Source: Myxococcales bacterium
Lineage (GTDB): Bacteria; Myxococcota_A; UBA9042; UBA3505
Direction of reading: 5' to 3'
Length of the DNA: 64,000 nucleotides
Assembly: GCA_002728755.1 (NCBI GenBank)
Contig: PBVT01000035.1
Coordinates: 22,260-86,259, forward strand
Shown: positions 19,353-30,300 of the stretch, piece after piece
Numbering within the stretch: position 1 is the first letter of the stretch
Layout: each line of letters opens with the position of its first letter
Translations under genes and position numbers: made by a program
Notes under the pieces: model-generated
The model's database searches: none
What the model saw: the letters and a program-made list of their open reading frames with translations, nothing else
What the model was told of the DNA's origin: nothing

Positions 19353-19817
19353 GTGAGTACGAACCTGGAAGTAAACGGTGAAATACGGACAGTCGAGGTA
19401 GAAGACGGGAAACCTCTTCTCTGGGTACTCCGCGAAGATTTGGGCCTACAAGGCGCCAAGTTTGGTTGTGGAGCCGGTATGTGTGGCGCCTGCAGTGTGC
19501 TGGTCGACGGAGATGTTGTTCGATCGTGTATATACCCGGCGTCGATGGCGGCTGGTAAAAGCGTTCGGACTATCGAGGGACTTAACGACACTCTGGGAGT
19601 ACGGCTTAAGGACGCCTGGGTATCCAAACGAGTCCCGCAATGTGGTTACTGCCAGACCGGCCAGCTTATCGCTGCATACGCGCTCATCGACCAGGAGTCG
19701 TCCGTAACCAAAGAGTCCATACATGGGGCCATGACGAATATCTGTCGCTGTGGAACCTACGGTCGGATCCGCGAAGCCATCATGGACGTCGCTGATGAAA
19801 TGGGAGGCTCCAAATGA
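19353..19817 (+). CDS. (2Fe-2S)-binding small subunit of an IorAB/aldehyde-oxidoreductase-type molybdoenzyme
   Basis: GTG start with GAGG upstream. Two [2Fe-2S] cysteine clusters are present: CGAGMCGACSV and CGYCQTGQ...CRCGTY. Confidence 0.85.
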   Translation: MSTNLEVNGEIRTVEVEDGKPLLWVLREDLGLQGAKFGCGAGMCGACSVLVDGDVVRSCIYPASMAAGKSVRTIEGLNDTLGVRLKDAWVSKRVPQCGYCQTGQLIAAYALIDQESSVTKESIHGAMTNICRCGTYGRIREAIMDVADEMGGSK

Positions 19818-21976
19818 AGCACTTCATAAGTCGTCGGCAATTCCTCCGTACTACCTCTATCGGCGTCTCAGCTCTTCTCATCGGCTGCGACCCGGGTGGG
19901 ACACCTGAGATCCTGGACGTTGGGGGAAGCGATGTTCCGCCACCGGCCGACGAGGGCCCCTGGGCCTGGGTTCGCGTGTCGGAGGACAACAACGTCTTTA
20001 TCGCAATCAATAAAGCGGAGATGGGCCAGGGCGTTTCAACCGGGCTTGCCATGATCGTCGCAGAAGAGCTCGGTGTCGCATGGTCAAAGGTCTCTATCGT
20101 TCTCGAACCCGAGAGGGGAGTGTTCCATATTCCCACAACGGGTCGGGCTGGAACGGCGGAGAGCACGTCCGTCCGAAACCAATACACGGAATTGCGGACA
20201 ATTGGTGCAACCGCTCGAGAGCTACTCATCAGCGCTGCTGCCAATCGCTGGGACGTGGATCCTGCTAGCCTGTATGTCGAACAAGGGCAGGTTATGGGAG
20301 GACCGGACGGGGCCGTTCTCGATTTCGGAGAACTCGTAAACGAGGCAAAATCGATCCCACTACCGGACGAAGTCATACTGAAAGACCCCTCTAATTTTGA
20401 ATTAATCGGGACCTCACCACCACCACAAGGTCTCGAATCCGTCGTGGACGGAACCAGAGTGTTTGGGATCGACGCCGAGGTGGAGGGAATGGTCTATGCG
20501 GCTATCCGACACGCACCGGTTCGAGGCGGACAAATAACAAACCTCGACGCGCTCTCTATCGATGGGACCGGAGCGGACGCACTCATCGAAGTTCCGGGAG
20601 GAATCGCTGTCGTCGCAACGAGCTATTGGAAAGCAAACCAGGTGGTTCAATCTCTTGATGCAGTCTTCTCTGCACCGGAAGAGGGTGCTGCATTCAACAC
20701 AGAAGATTATCGTGCGGCATTAGCAGAGGCCATCGAAGGGACGGGCGTGTTGGAAGCATACTCCGAGGGAGACCTCGAAGAAGCACTTCTGAATGTAGAA
20801 ACAACCGTCGAGGCGAGCTACGAAGTACCCTTCCTGGCGCACGCATGTATGGAGCCGATGACAGCCACCGCACATGCCCAGGAAGACAGCTGCGAGGTGT
20901 GGGCTCCCACACAGGGCGCGTCACAGCTCGCTAAGGCCGTCGCCGTAACGCTCGGTCTCGATCTAGAAAATGTTGTCGTCAACAGAACATTCCTTGGGAC
21001 CGGTTTTGGTCGTAAAGTCGAAACCGATTACGGTGTACAGGCTGCGGTGATCTCCAAAGCCGTGGGCAAGCCAGTCAAACTCATCTGGTCACGTGAAGAA
21101 GACATCAAGAACGATTTTTATCGACCTGGATTCATGTGCCGGCTGACCGGTGGTGTTAACTCGGATGGTCAGTTGACGGCCTGGCACGCGGTAAGTGCCG
21201 GCGAATCGATCTTGAATGACCGTGGGATTCCACTGCCGCTCGATCCTGTTTCACTCGACGGCCTTATCAAGCTTGATGGCTTCGCCTTCGAATCCCTGCC
21301 CTACCGAATCCCGAATCAGCTCGTGGCACACGCTCAGATCCCTTCTCCCCTGCATTGTGGCTTCTGGCGATCCGTAGGCAACTCACAGAACGCATTCTTT
21401 GTAGAGAGCTTTATCGATGAGGTCGCGCTTGCTGCCGATATCGACCCCCTGGAATTCCGACTGGGATTGTTGAGCGAAGCTCCACGCGCAAAGGCCGTCG
21501 TGGAGAGGCTTAAAACCGAGGCCGATTGGGGCAACCCCGTAACCCCCGGTTCGAGCCAGGGTATGGCATTCAGCAATGCTTACGACAGCTACTTCGCGCT
21601 CGCAGTAGAGGTGACGGTTGAAGAGGGGAAAATCCGGGTACACCGGGCTACCGGTGTCGTCGACTGTGGTCAGACGATCCATCCGGACCTGGTACGAGGG
21701 CAACTTGAAGGCGGAATCATCTTCGGTATGGGAGCTGGTATGCTCAACGCCATCACCGTAAAAGATGGCGTTGTGGAACAGTCGAATTTCCACAATTTCC
21801 CAATGCCCCTCATGGCTGACGCGCCGGATATTGCCATCACCCATATCGTGAGTGAGGAAGATCCGGGTGGTGTCGGAGAGCTCGGAGTAGGCCCTGCGGC
21901 TCCAGCAGTCGCTAACGCGGTCTTTGTAGCGACTGGTCAGCGGTTGCGCTCTCTTCCATTAACATTGGAGACCTGA
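19814..21976 (+). CDS. molybdopterin-binding large (beta) subunit, isoquinoline 1-oxidoreductase/aldehyde oxidase family, Tat signal
   Basis: ATGA overlap with the small subunit gene. Twin-arginine signal SRRQFLRTTSIGVSALLIGC. Length and motifs (ACMEP, GTGFGRK, HCGFWRSVG) fit the IorB-like family. Confidence 0.85.
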   Translation: MKHFISRRQFLRTTSIGVSALLIGCDPGGTPEILDVGGSDVPPPADEGPWAWVRVSEDNNVFIAINKAEMGQGVSTGLAMIVAEELGVAWSKVSIVLEPERGVFHIPTTGRAGTAESTSVRNQYTELRTIGATARELLISAAANRWDVDPASLYVEQGQVMGGPDGAVLDFGELVNEAKSIPLPDEVILKDPSNFELIGTSPPPQGLESVVDGTRVFGIDAEVEGMVYAAIRHAPVRGGQITNLDALSIDGTGADALIEVPGGIAVVATSYWKANQVVQSLDAVFSAPEEGAAFNTEDYRAALAEAIEGTGVLEAYSEGDLEEALLNVETTVEASYEVPFLAHACMEPMTATAHAQEDSCEVWAPTQGASQLAKAVAVTLGLDLENVVVNRTFLGTGFGRKVETDYGVQAAVISKAVGKPVKLIWSREEDIKNDFYRPGFMCRLTGGVNSDGQLTAWHAVSAGESILNDRGIPLPLDPVSLDGLIKLDGFAFESLPYRIPNQLVAHAQIPSPLHCGFWRSVGNSQNAFFVESFIDEVALAADIDPLEFRLGLLSEAPRAKAVVERLKTEADWGNPVTPGSSQGMAFSNAYDSYFALAVEVTVEEGKIRVHRATGVVDCGQTIHPDLVRGQLEGGIIFGMGAGMLNAITVKDGVVEQSNFHNFPMPLMADAPDIAITHIVSEEDPGGVGELGVGPAAPAVANAVFVATGQRLRSLPLTLET

Positions 21977-22059
21977 GCAGGCATCACCAAGCTTACGTGA
22001 CCCCTCTAGAATTCAGACTCCGCTTGCAGAGCGATTCATGTTCTGCAAGATAGGTACCC

Positions 22060-23289
22060 ATGAGTCTGGTTGTTCAGAAATATGGTGGAACGTCGGTAGG
22101 AGATATCGAACGTATCAGAGCCGTCGCCGAGCGGTGCCTGGCTACCCAGAAAAAGGGGCATGATCTGGTTGTCGTCGTAAGCGCAATGGCTGGTGAGACC
22201 AATCGCCTACTGGGCCTGGCGGGACAAATCACCGATACACCAGAGCCCCGTGAGATGGATGTTTTAGTATCTACCGGAGAACAGGTGAGCATCTCACTGC
22301 TTGCCATTACTATTCAGGCTCTTGGCGGAAAAGCACGTTCGTTTCTTGGTGATCAGATCGGAATGCGAACGGACAATCTCTATGGAAAAGCACGAATTCT
22401 CTCTGTCGACGATAATAAAGTTCGAACGGCATTAGAGGATGGTGAAGTTGTGATTGTTGCGGGTTTTCAGGGCGTCGACGCCGAAGGGAATATAACGACA
22501 TTGGGTCGTGGTGGCTCCGACACCACCGCGGTCGCATTAGCCGCAGCTCTCAAGGCCGATGTATGTGAAATCTACACCGATGTGGATGGTATCTACACAA
22601 CAGACCCATCGGTTTGTGCGGATGCCAAAAAGATCGAAAGAATCGCCTACGAAGAGATGCTGGAGCTAGCTTCGCTAGGCGCAAAGATCTTACAAGTACG
22701 CTCCGTAGAGTTCGGGATGAACTACGGGGTTCCGATCCACGTCCGTTCATCTTTCGAAGAGCGAGAAGGATCATGGGTGATCCCCGAGGAGGTATCAATG
22801 GAACAGGTCCGTGTCCGTGGCGTTGCATGTGATCTCAAAGCAGCAAAAATCACGATCCGAGGAGTCCCCGATATTCCGGGTGTTGCCGCCAAGATCTTTC
22901 GCCCATTGGCTGGTGCAGGCATCAACGTAGATGTCATCATTCAAAACGTCAGTGAAGGAGGGGTCACCGACGTCACCTTTACGGTGTCCCGCGAAGATAT
23001 GGAACTCGCGCAACGTATCAGCCAGGAAATTGTCGAAACAATGGCCGCCGAAGGCACCATCGTCGATGAGCAAGTGGCGAAGGTCTCGCTTGTAGGTGTT
23101 GGAATGCGTAGCCATGCTGGCGTCGCTGCACAGGCTTTCGATGCGTTAGCCGAGGCCTCTATAAACATACAGATGATTTCTACCAGCGAGATCAAGATCT
23201 CCTGTGTCGTGGCAGAAGATGACGCATCAAAAGCCGTCCAGGTATTACACACGGCCTTCGAGCTGGGTTCCAGTAATCCCACAACATGA
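22060..23289 (+). CDS. lysC: aspartate kinase with C-terminal ACT domains
   Basis: [29 protein letters not shown], tandem ACT-like C-terminus. Confidence 0.92.
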   Translation: MSLVVQKYGGTSVGDIERIRAVAERCLATQKKGHDLVVVVSAMAGETNRLLGLAGQITDTPEPREMDVLVSTGEQVSISLLAITIQALGGKARSFLGDQIGMRTDNLYGKARILSVDDNKVRTALEDGEVVIVAGFQGVDAEGNITTLGRGGSDTTAVALAAALKADVCEIYTDVDGIYTTDPSVCADAKKIERIAYEEMLELASLGAKILQVRSVEFGMNYGVPIHVRSSFEEREGSWVIPEEVSMEQVRVRGVACDLKAAKITIRGVPDIPGVAAKIFRPLAGAGINVDVIIQNVSEGGVTDVTFTVSREDMELAQRISQEIVETMAAEGTIVDEQVAKVSLVGVGMRSHAGVAAQAFDALAEASINIQMISTSEIKISCVVAEDDASKAVQVLHTAFELGSSNPTT

Positions 23290-23795
23290 TCCGACATAAA
23301 GCCCTGCCATTCCTGGTGACGGCCTCGATTTGTCTTGTCGGCTTTCAAAACGATGATCGCGACCAGAGCGCTCCCTCTTTCGAGTTCGAGCAGCCCAGGT
23401 CGGGACCCGTGGTCCGAATCCATCGAGCCGGAAGCATACAAACCTATTCCAACCAGCAACTCGCCCAAAGTGGTTGGTTTCGGAGAGCTTGTCCTCATCT
23501 AACCATAGATACACACGCTGAAGTTCATATCGGTGCCAATCATTTATGTGTTGTAAAACCGGTACCTTCAGAGCTCCTACTCGGTTTGAAGAGACCTATT
23601 CCACACGAACTCCTGACAGCTCGTACCTTTCAACTCGTGCCAGGTATCGGCAAGAAGCTTTCACAACGTATCGACCTGTGGAGACAGTCAGGTACGGCCC
23701 AGAGCCTATGTGATGTTGCACAGGTTCGTGGAATCGGTCCCCGGTTAGCTACACGTATTCGTCAGCTGCTGGCGCCCGATCTCATCTGTCCGTAG
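23286..23795 (+). CDS. ComEA-like helix-hairpin-helix protein
   Basis: ATGA overlap with the lysC stop. N-terminal hydrophobic segment. The C-terminal ~60 aa carries two HhH motifs ([25 protein letters not shown]). Confidence 0.5.
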   Translation: MIRHKALPFLVTASICLVGFQNDDRDQSAPSFEFEQPRSGPVVRIHRAGSIQTYSNQQLAQSGWFRRACPHLTIDTHAEVHIGANHLCVVKPVPSELLLGLKRPIPHELLTARTFQLVPGIGKKLSQRIDLWRQSGTAQSLCDVAQVRGIGPRLATRIRQLLAPDLICP

Positions 23796-23801
23796 ATCGA
23801 T

Positions 23802-26240
23802 TCAGTTCTGCTGTTCGACAAAGGTCTTCAGTTTCTTGCACCGAGACGGATGTCGTAACTTCCGGAGTGCTTTTGCTTCGATCTGACGGATTCGCTCACG
23901 TGTGACGAAGAAGTCCTGACCAACCTCTTCCAGAGTGTGGTCACTCTTCTCACCAATGCCAAACCGCATTCGGAGAACCTTTTCTTCACGCGGCGTTAAC
24001 GTCGCAAGGACCTTCCTTGTCTGTTGACTAAGGTCTCGCTGTACCGCTGTATCCGACGGTGACACGAATTTCTTGTCCTCGATAAAATCGCCAAGGTGAG
24101 AGTCTTCTTCTTCGCCGATTGGAGTTTCCAGGCTGATGGGCTCTTTGGCGATCTTCAGCACCTTCCGAACCTTCTCTACCGGCATCTCCATTTTGGCTGC
24201 GATTTCCTCCGGGGTGGGCTCCCGGCCAAGCTCCTGCACCAGATATCGGCTGGTCCGAATCAGCTTGTTGATCGTCTCGATCATATGCACTGGGATACGG
24301 ATGGTACGTGCTTGATCGGCGATCGCACGGGTAATCGCCTGACGAATCCACCAGGTCGCATAGGTCGAAAACTTGTACCCGCGGCGGTATTCGAATTTTT
24401 CTACTGCCTTCATCAAGCCGATATTTCCTTCCTGAATCAGATCCAGGAATTGAAGACCACGGTTGGTATATTTCTTAGCGATAGAGACAACCAATCGAAG
24501 ATTTGCCTCAACCAACTCAATCTTGGCTTTTTCCGCCTGTTTTTCACCAGACACAATATCCTGATAGGTCTGGCGAATATTCGACGGTGTCAGACACAAA
24601 TCGGCTTCCAATCGCTTAATGCGACGGTTGATATTTCGAGTTTCCTTGTCGGCCTCTACATATCTGGCGAATTTCTCTAGTTCTTTTGGATCAGAGCTAT
24701 CCGCTCCCTCCTTTGTTCGAACGACCTTTCGTAGTTCCGCTGCATTCATGCCAAGGGGTCGACAGATTCGAGACGCCTCTCGCTCTAATTGGCGAATACG
24801 ACGCACCTCGTCTTTGTACGCTTGGACGAACAAGCTGATTTGTCGTTTGCTGAACTCGATCTCTCCGACCAACTCCAGGACACTTTCCCAACGACGCTCA
24901 ATCTTGCGCTCGACCTTTTTCTTCTCTTTGTCGACCAACTTCTTTTCGGCCAGAAGTAAGCGAGCCTTCTCATGATCACGATATTTTTTTCTGACTTCGG
25001 CTAGATGCGTCGCGACTCGTTCTCGTAGAGGTTGCTGAGGCTCAGCCGGCTCTTCGACTACTTCTTCCTCTTCGGTCTCTGCACCCTCTTCACCCTCTGC
25101 ACCCTCTGCACCCTCTTCGGCTTCTTCACCGGCCTCAGCTTTTGCTGCCATCTCCTCAAAACCGTCGTCATCCGCCTTTTTTTCGGCTTCAAGCTGGCTT
25201 GCGACCATCTGATCAAAACCACCGCTTTCCATCGGGTCGTAATCCGGAACTTCCGGTTTGGGACCTACGGACTTAACTACATCTTTGATATGAACTCGCC
25301 CTTCAATGATCTCTTCTTCAAGTGCGAGAATCTGACGAACAACAAACTCGGTTTCCATAATAGAACCGAGAACTTTTAGCTCACCCTCTTCGATCCGCTG
25401 GGCGATCTCCACCTCTCCTTCACGGCTAAGAAGGTTCACAGAGCCCATCTTTCGAAGATACATCCGAACCGGATCATTGGTTCGAAGAGCTTCATCCTTT
25501 TTCCGTTTTTCAGCAGCTTTGGCGGCGAGTCGCTTTTCTTCTTTGGCTTTTCTCGCGGCCTCCGCGGCTGCCAACTTAGCTTCTTCACGCTCTTTGGCGA
25601 TCCTCGCTCGTTCGCGCGCTTTTGCGGCCTTCGCCTTCGCCTTTTCACGCTCTTTTAAAGCTTTGGCTTTCGCACGCTCGCGCTCTTTTTTCGCCTTCGC
25701 CTTGGCTTTCTCGCGCTCTTTTAGGGCTTTCGCTTTGGCGCGTTCTCGCTCTCGCAGAGCCTTTGCTTTCGCACGTTCACGTTCTTTGGTGATTCTCGCG
25801 CGTTCACGTTCCTTTACAGCTTTGGCCTTTGCGCGTTCCCGCTCTTTCGCGATTTTCGCGCGTTCGCGTTCTTTTGCTGCCTTGGCACGCTCACGCTCTT
25901 TTACAGCTTTGGCCTTTGCGCGTTCTCGCTCCTTTTGCACCTTCGCCTTCGCGCGTTCACGCTCTTTCGTCGCTTTCGCCTTGGCGCGTTCGCGCTCTTT
26001 CGTCGCTTTCGCCTTGGCGCGTTCGCGGTCCTTGAGAGCCTTTATTTTCGCACGTTCGCGGTCTTTCTGCGCTTTCGTCTTCGTGGCCTTCGCTGGGGCT
26101 TTCGCCTTCGTGGCCTTCGCTGGGGCTTTCGCCTTCGTGGCCTTGGCTGAGGCTTTCGCCTTGGTAGCCTTGGTCACTTTCGCCTTCGTAGTCGTCTTAG
26201 ACTTTTTGGCAGAGCTAGAGCCTTTTTTGGATTTCGTCAT
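23802..26240 (-). CDS. rpoD: primary RNA polymerase sigma factor (sigma70/RpoD) with a ~250-aa basic repeat N-terminal extension
   Basis: Region 1.2 ([11 protein letters not shown]), region 2 ([56 protein letters not shown]), region 3 and region 4 ([14 protein letters not shown]...[20 protein letters not shown]) are all present. It lies immediately downstream of dnaG. Confidence 0.95.
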   Translation of the reverse strand: MTKSKKGSSSAKKSKTTTKAKVTKATKAKASAKATKAKAPAKATKAKAPAKATKTKAQKDRERAKIKALKDRERAKAKATKERERAKAKATKERERAKAKVQKERERAKAKAVKERERAKAAKERERAKIAKERERAKAKAVKERERARITKERERAKAKALRERERAKAKALKEREKAKAKAKKERERAKAKALKEREKAKAKAAKARERARIAKEREEAKLAAAEAARKAKEEKRLAAKAAEKRKKDEALRTNDPVRMYLRKMGSVNLLSREGEVEIAQRIEEGELKVLGSIMETEFVVRQILALEEEIIEGRVHIKDVVKSVGPKPEVPDYDPMESGGFDQMVASQLEAEKKADDDGFEEMAAKAEAGEEAEEGAEGAEGEEGAETEEEEVVEEPAEPQQPLRERVATHLAEVRKKYRDHEKARLLLAEKKLVDKEKKKVERKIERRWESVLELVGEIEFSKRQISLFVQAYKDEVRRIRQLEREASRICRPLGMNAAELRKVVRTKEGADSSDPKELEKFARYVEADKETRNINRRIKRLEADLCLTPSNIRQTYQDIVSGEKQAEKAKIELVEANLRLVVSIAKKYTNRGLQFLDLIQEGNIGLMKAVEKFEYRRGYKFSTYATWWIRQAITRAIADQARTIRIPVHMIETINKLIRTSRYLVQELGREPTPEEIAAKMEMPVEKVRKVLKIAKEPISLETPIGEEEDSHLGDFIEDKKFVSPSDTAVQRDLSQQTRKVLATLTPREEKVLRMRFGIGEKSDHTLEEVGQDFFVTRERIRQIEAKALRKLRHPSRCKKLKTFVEQQN
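25581..26183 (-). repeat. in-frame tandem repeats inside rpoD: (AKATKAKAP)n followed by ~16 units of [11 protein letters not shown]-x
   Basis: The 27-nt unit GTGGCCTTCGCTGGGGCTTTCGCCTTC occurs twice exactly plus one diverged copy (~26083..26163). Repeats of 27-33 nt encoding [10 protein letters not shown](L/T/V) span ~25581..26066, including a near-identical duplicated 33-mer around 25960..26030. Confidence 0.9.
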
Positions 26241-26413
26241 GTGGCTTCTCCTGGCGGAAGTGCCGAAGGCGGAAGTGCATATAAAATTTCTGGTACAAAC
26301 ACCGCTACTTCATACGCGAGCTGATCGGCTAAACCAAATCTTTACATCAAAATCAATAGTCAAAACACGGAAGTCGTAAACTAATTCAAATAAAAACGCC
26401 CAAAATTTCTTCC

Positions 26414-28255
26414 TCAGCTTCCTTCCTTTCCCGCATGTTCGGAACGAAGAGGAGGCTCTTCGCATTCCCTGCGCCCACCACTTTGAAGTTCTCTACGTAG
26501 CTGCATGAGCTGCAATTTCTCATCTCGAAGAGCGTTCAAGCGAGCTTCGTTCGACGTGCGTTCAGCAATATCAATCTCTGCTTGAACCCGTCGGCTCTCT
26601 CTTTCAACATTGGCCAATTCAAGACGAAAAAGAATTTCAAGATACATGGCTTCTGCTTCAACATTTTCGACGGGAACGGTCTGTTCAAACAGAAGCTCGC
26701 GATGAAGCTTTTCAACCGCCGGATCAGATTTTGTATCTGTTTCCGGGTCGGCGAGCTGACAAAATAGACGTGTCAAAACGTCTGCCTCGATCAAACCAGC
26801 ACCGCCATCATCAAGAAATCGTCGAGCAAGATCCGGGTGGCGTGTAAGTAGAGATCCGAGAAAAAGTTCATCTCGAGACAGAGTTACGTCTTCAATCGGC
26901 TCGTTCGTCGGTTCCGAAGACGGTATCGCTTGATTCCGTCGTGCCCCTGTCGACTTTTCCTGACGTAGACGAGCTCGAAGATCACGATCGGTAACGGTGT
27001 CTTCTATTCCGAGCAGGCGATATAGGTTCCAAGCCGCAGCCATGCTGGCGGCTTCCTCCGTAAACCGGGAGATTATGTCCATACCTTCACCGATGATTCG
27101 GCCCAGGGCTGCCGGCGACGTACCATGTTTCTCCCGCAGGCTTCCTACCAGGTAATGAACAGCTGGCTGCGCAGACGCCAACACGGTCTGGAGCTCTTCT
27201 GGATTACTCCCCGCCATATCATCTGGATCACTGCCCTCGGGTGGTCTCGCGACGAAGACATCGAGTCCAGCCTCGAAGAGTGAAGGTAGTCCACGAAGAG
27301 TAGCGGCTTCACCAGCACTATCCCCATCGTAGAAAAGAACAACCTCCGAGACGAACCGAGCCAGTATCGTTGCTTGTTCCGACGTCATTGCCGTACCTAG
27401 AGGTGCCACGGTCGCGACATAGCCATTCTGATGTAGGCGAACAACGTCAACGTTTCCTTCCACCAAGATCGCACGTCCATCCGCTCGCCATGCATCGCGA
27501 GCCTGGGGCATCCCGTAAAGGACTCGACCTTTTCGATACACACCCGTTTCGGGGGAATTCACATATTTCGCTTCATTTGTGTCCGTCTCGAGAGTGCGGC
27601 CCGAAAATGCGACGACCTCTCCGGCCGGGTCTTGAACCGCAAACATGACTCGATTACGAAACCTGTCGTAATAGCCAGAACCACCCTGTTTCTGCTTAAT
27701 CAGCCCCGCAGCAGCCGCGGCCGGGATCAGGTGCCGGTGGGTTTTCATCAGGTGGTTGATTAAGCCATCCCACCCCGCAGGGGCCAAGCTCAGTCGGAAC
27801 TTCGACGCGATCTCCCGGCTGAGACCTCGCACCTCGAGAAACTCGCTAAAATCCTTCGATTGAGCAGCACAATTCTCGTAAAACTGTTGTGCGACGCGAT
27901 GTACTTCGAGCAACTCCCGGCGTCCTGTTCCAGGCTTCGATGGTCGGGAATCCTGTTGCGTCGGAACTTCTAAACCCGCACGGCTCGCAAGATCTGTAAC
28001 AGCATCTACAAAAGAATAGCCGTGCAATTCTGTGACAAAGCGTATTGCATCACCGCCACGCTGGCACCCAAAACAATGGTAATACCCGCGATCCGGATGG
28101 ACATGGAATGATGGCGTCTTTTCCTGATGAAACGGACAAAGGCCCTTATAGCTCGCACCTGCCTTCTTCAGCTCAACATAACTACCGATGAGCTTAAGTA
28201 AATCCGTACGATCTACCACCTCCCGTACAAATTCGTCGGGAATGCGTACCGCCAT
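26414..28255 (-). CDS. dnaG: DNA primase
   Basis: Zinc-ribbon motif CPFHQEKTPSFHV...YHCFGCQRGGD, followed by a TOPRIM region (ILVEGNVDV...FYDGDSAG). Confidence 0.93.
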   Translation of the reverse strand: MAVRIPDEFVREVVDRTDLLKLIGSYVELKKAGASYKGLCPFHQEKTPSFHVHPDRGYYHCFGCQRGGDAIRFVTELHGYSFVDAVTDLASRAGLEVPTQQDSRPSKPGTGRRELLEVHRVAQQFYENCAAQSKDFSEFLEVRGLSREIASKFRLSLAPAGWDGLINHLMKTHRHLIPAAAAAGLIKQKQGGSGYYDRFRNRVMFAVQDPAGEVVAFSGRTLETDTNEAKYVNSPETGVYRKGRVLYGMPQARDAWRADGRAILVEGNVDVVRLHQNGYVATVAPLGTAMTSEQATILARFVSEVVLFYDGDSAGEAATLRGLPSLFEAGLDVFVARPPEGSDPDDMAGSNPEELQTVLASAQPAVHYLVGSLREKHGTSPAALGRIIGEGMDIISRFTEEAASMAAAWNLYRLLGIEDTVTDRDLRARLRQEKSTGARRNQAIPSSEPTNEPIEDVTLSRDELFLGSLLTRHPDLARRFLDDGGAGLIEADVLTRLFCQLADPETDTKSDPAVEKLHRELLFEQTVPVENVEAEAMYLEILFRLELANVERESRRVQAEIDIAERTSNEARLNALRDEKLQLMQLRRELQSGGRRECEEPPLRSEHAGKEGS

Positions 28256-28531
28256 ATGACCCCGGAGATTGCTGAAGTTGAAAAAGGCCGAAAATTTGCA
28301 GGCGGCGAAATTGTAAGAATCGAGAGCTGAGTGTCAAGAGATACCTCCATCAAAGCACCAGGAAACAGGCCCCGTACATACAAGCCCCAAATCGGTTTTA
28401 CGCCCAACCCCCCTTTAAACGGGCCCTTGAGCTACATTGGCTTGCACTGTTCGCACGACTCGGCTACAAGCCCACTCTCGCTTCGCTAACCTATCAATCC
28501 GCGCTGCGGACCACCGCGTTGGGATGTACGC

Positions 28532-29944
28532 ATGAGTCACGGTCGTTACGTATACGTTCATACCTTCGGATGTCAGATGAATGTCTATGACACCGAACGG
28601 ATGTTGGAGGCTATGGGGTCTATTGACTACACCCCGACGGATAGCCCCGAGCGAGCCGATCTCATCTTGTTGAACACCTGCAGTGTAAGGGAAAAGGCCG
28701 AAGACAAAGCCTTTTCTATGCTCGGTAGATACGCTCTTCTTCGCGAAAACAACCCCGATCTTATTCTGGGACTCGGCGGCTGTATGGCAACACGTATGAA
28801 GGAAAAGCTGTTCAAACGCGGGCTGCCATTAGACATCGTCTTTGGTCCAGACAACATCACAGAGCTGCCGACGTTAGTTCAGGATGTTAGCAATCGCCGT
28901 GAAGCGCGTGCACATAGCGTACGTTTTCTACCGCGAAGCCAGTATGAGTTTCCTACAGCTGCAGCTCCAACCGATAACCGTGTCGCGTCTATGGTAACGG
29001 TCATGAAGGGCTGCAATAAGTTCTGTTCCTTCTGCATAGTCCCCACGACGAGAGGTCGAGAGGTTTCCAAACCCCCACAACAGGTGGTCGAAGAAACCAG
29101 AACCCTCGTAAAAGCCGGTGTACGAGAAGTCATGCTCCTCGGTCAGAACGTAAACTCCTACGGGCACGATTTAAAGCGTACGGGTACCGACGTCTCCTTT
29201 GCGGACCTGCTAGCCATGGTGAACGATGTGGACGGATTGTACCGAATCCGGTTTACCACCAGTCACCCCTGGGATGCGACCGAAGCGTTGGCGAGAGCCT
29301 TTCGAGACCTCCCGAAGGTGTGCCCCTATCTTCATCTTCCGTTACAATCGGGGTCCGATCCGGTCCTGGAGAACATGAAGCGTGGGTATACCCTCGAAAC
29401 ATACCTTGAATTGGTTGCACGTCTACGATCCTACCGACCCGATATAGCCCTCTCTACGGACATAATCGTAGGCTTCCCCGGAGAGACAGAAGCGGATTTC
29501 CAGAAGACATTAGATGCTATTGAAACCATCCGCTTCGACTCCTTATTTATCTTCAAATATTCGGTCCGGCCTGGCACCCCCGCAGCAGAGCTCGAAGACG
29601 ACGTCCCTCCTGAAATAAAACAAGAGCGACTGGAGCGTGTGCTGGAGATGCAAAACGAGATCACTCGGGACAGTCTCGCCAACTATGTCGGCAAAACTGT
29701 AGAAATCCTCGTGGAAGGGTTCGCAGATCGTCCAGCTCCAGGTGGAACTTCGTTACAGCTTAAGGGACGAACCGATAGTAACGTCATCGTCAATGTTGAT
29801 GTGGGCGTTCAGATAAAGAATCCATGGGAGTTGGTAGGAACGCTCCTGCCAGTAGAAATAACAAAAGCCCGCAAGCACTCACTCGCGGGTCAACCCGTGA
29901 ATCCCCACCGAAGCCATGCAACACAAACATGTGCGTCGTATTGA
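28532..29944 (+). CDS. miaB: tRNA-i6A37 methylthiotransferase MiaB (radical SAM, TRAM)
   Basis: YVHTFGCQMNVYDTERM, radical-SAM CNKFCSFC, C-terminal TRAM-like segment. Confidence 0.92.
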   Translation: MSHGRYVYVHTFGCQMNVYDTERMLEAMGSIDYTPTDSPERADLILLNTCSVREKAEDKAFSMLGRYALLRENNPDLILGLGGCMATRMKEKLFKRGLPLDIVFGPDNITELPTLVQDVSNRREARAHSVRFLPRSQYEFPTAAAPTDNRVASMVTVMKGCNKFCSFCIVPTTRGREVSKPPQQVVEETRTLVKAGVREVMLLGQNVNSYGHDLKRTGTDVSFADLLAMVNDVDGLYRIRFTTSHPWDATEALARAFRDLPKVCPYLHLPLQSGSDPVLENMKRGYTLETYLELVARLRSYRPDIALSTDIIVGFPGETEADFQKTLDAIETIRFDSLFIFKYSVRPGTPAAELEDDVPPEIKQERLERVLEMQNEITRDSLANYVGKTVEILVEGFADRPAPGGTSLQLKGRTDSNVIVNVDVGVQIKNPWELVGTLLPVEITKARKHSLAGQPVNPHRSHATQTCASY

Positions 29945-30293
29945 GTATATCTGGATCGGGGTTGGTATAGCCTGGGCAACCCTTATCTGGTTACTCTCCA
30001 GTGTACCCTCAAGCGGTCTATCAAGACCTCCCTTCGTCGGTGCCGATAAGGTCGTTCACTTCCTCCTATTTGCCGTGTTGGGTTTCGCTTGGGTACGAGG
30101 TTTACGTCCAGGATTCGCATTTCTTTGGGGTTTGGTGGTCCTGGTTGCGGCATACGGGGTTCTCGATGAATGGCATCAGACCTGGGTCCCCGGACGAACG
30201 GCTACAATCGGCGATGTCATCGCGGATGCGCTGGGTTCAATTATTGGATGCCTAACGGCATACTTACGTTTCTCGCCTTCAAAGAGGTCCTGA
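29916..30293 (+). CDS. VanZ-family membrane protein
   Basis: Four hydrophobic helices plus DKVVHFLLFAVLGF and DEWHQTWVPGRTATIGDVIADALG. The ORF start overlaps the miaB end by 29 nt, so the true start is uncertain. Confidence 0.7.
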   Translation: MQHKHVRRIEYIWIGVGIAWATLIWLLSSVPSSGLSRPPFVGADKVVHFLLFAVLGFAWVRGLRPGFAFLWGLVVLVAAYGVLDEWHQTWVPGRTATIGDVIADALGSIIGCLTAYLRFSPSKRS

Positions 30294-30300
30294 GGAGCCG

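Noticed and set aside
21977-22059. Lysine (L-box) riboswitch upstream of lysC
   Set aside because: The whole leader is only 83 nt, far shorter than an L-box aptamer, and I could find only a single simple hairpin.
25581-26183. Periodic 27-33-nt repeats that could be mistaken for a CRISPR array
   Set aside because: The units are directly adjacent with no unique spacers. They are in frame within rpoD and encode a coherent Lys/Ala/Arg/Glu repeat. There is no leader and no cas genes.
25477-26379. 300-aa plus-strand ORF (FAFARSRSF... repeats) antisense to rpoD
   Set aside because: It is the mirror image of the in-frame [10 protein letters not shown] repeat tract of a clearly genuine rpoD. Its composition is purely repeat-driven, and it extends across the rpoD promoter region with no independent start signals.
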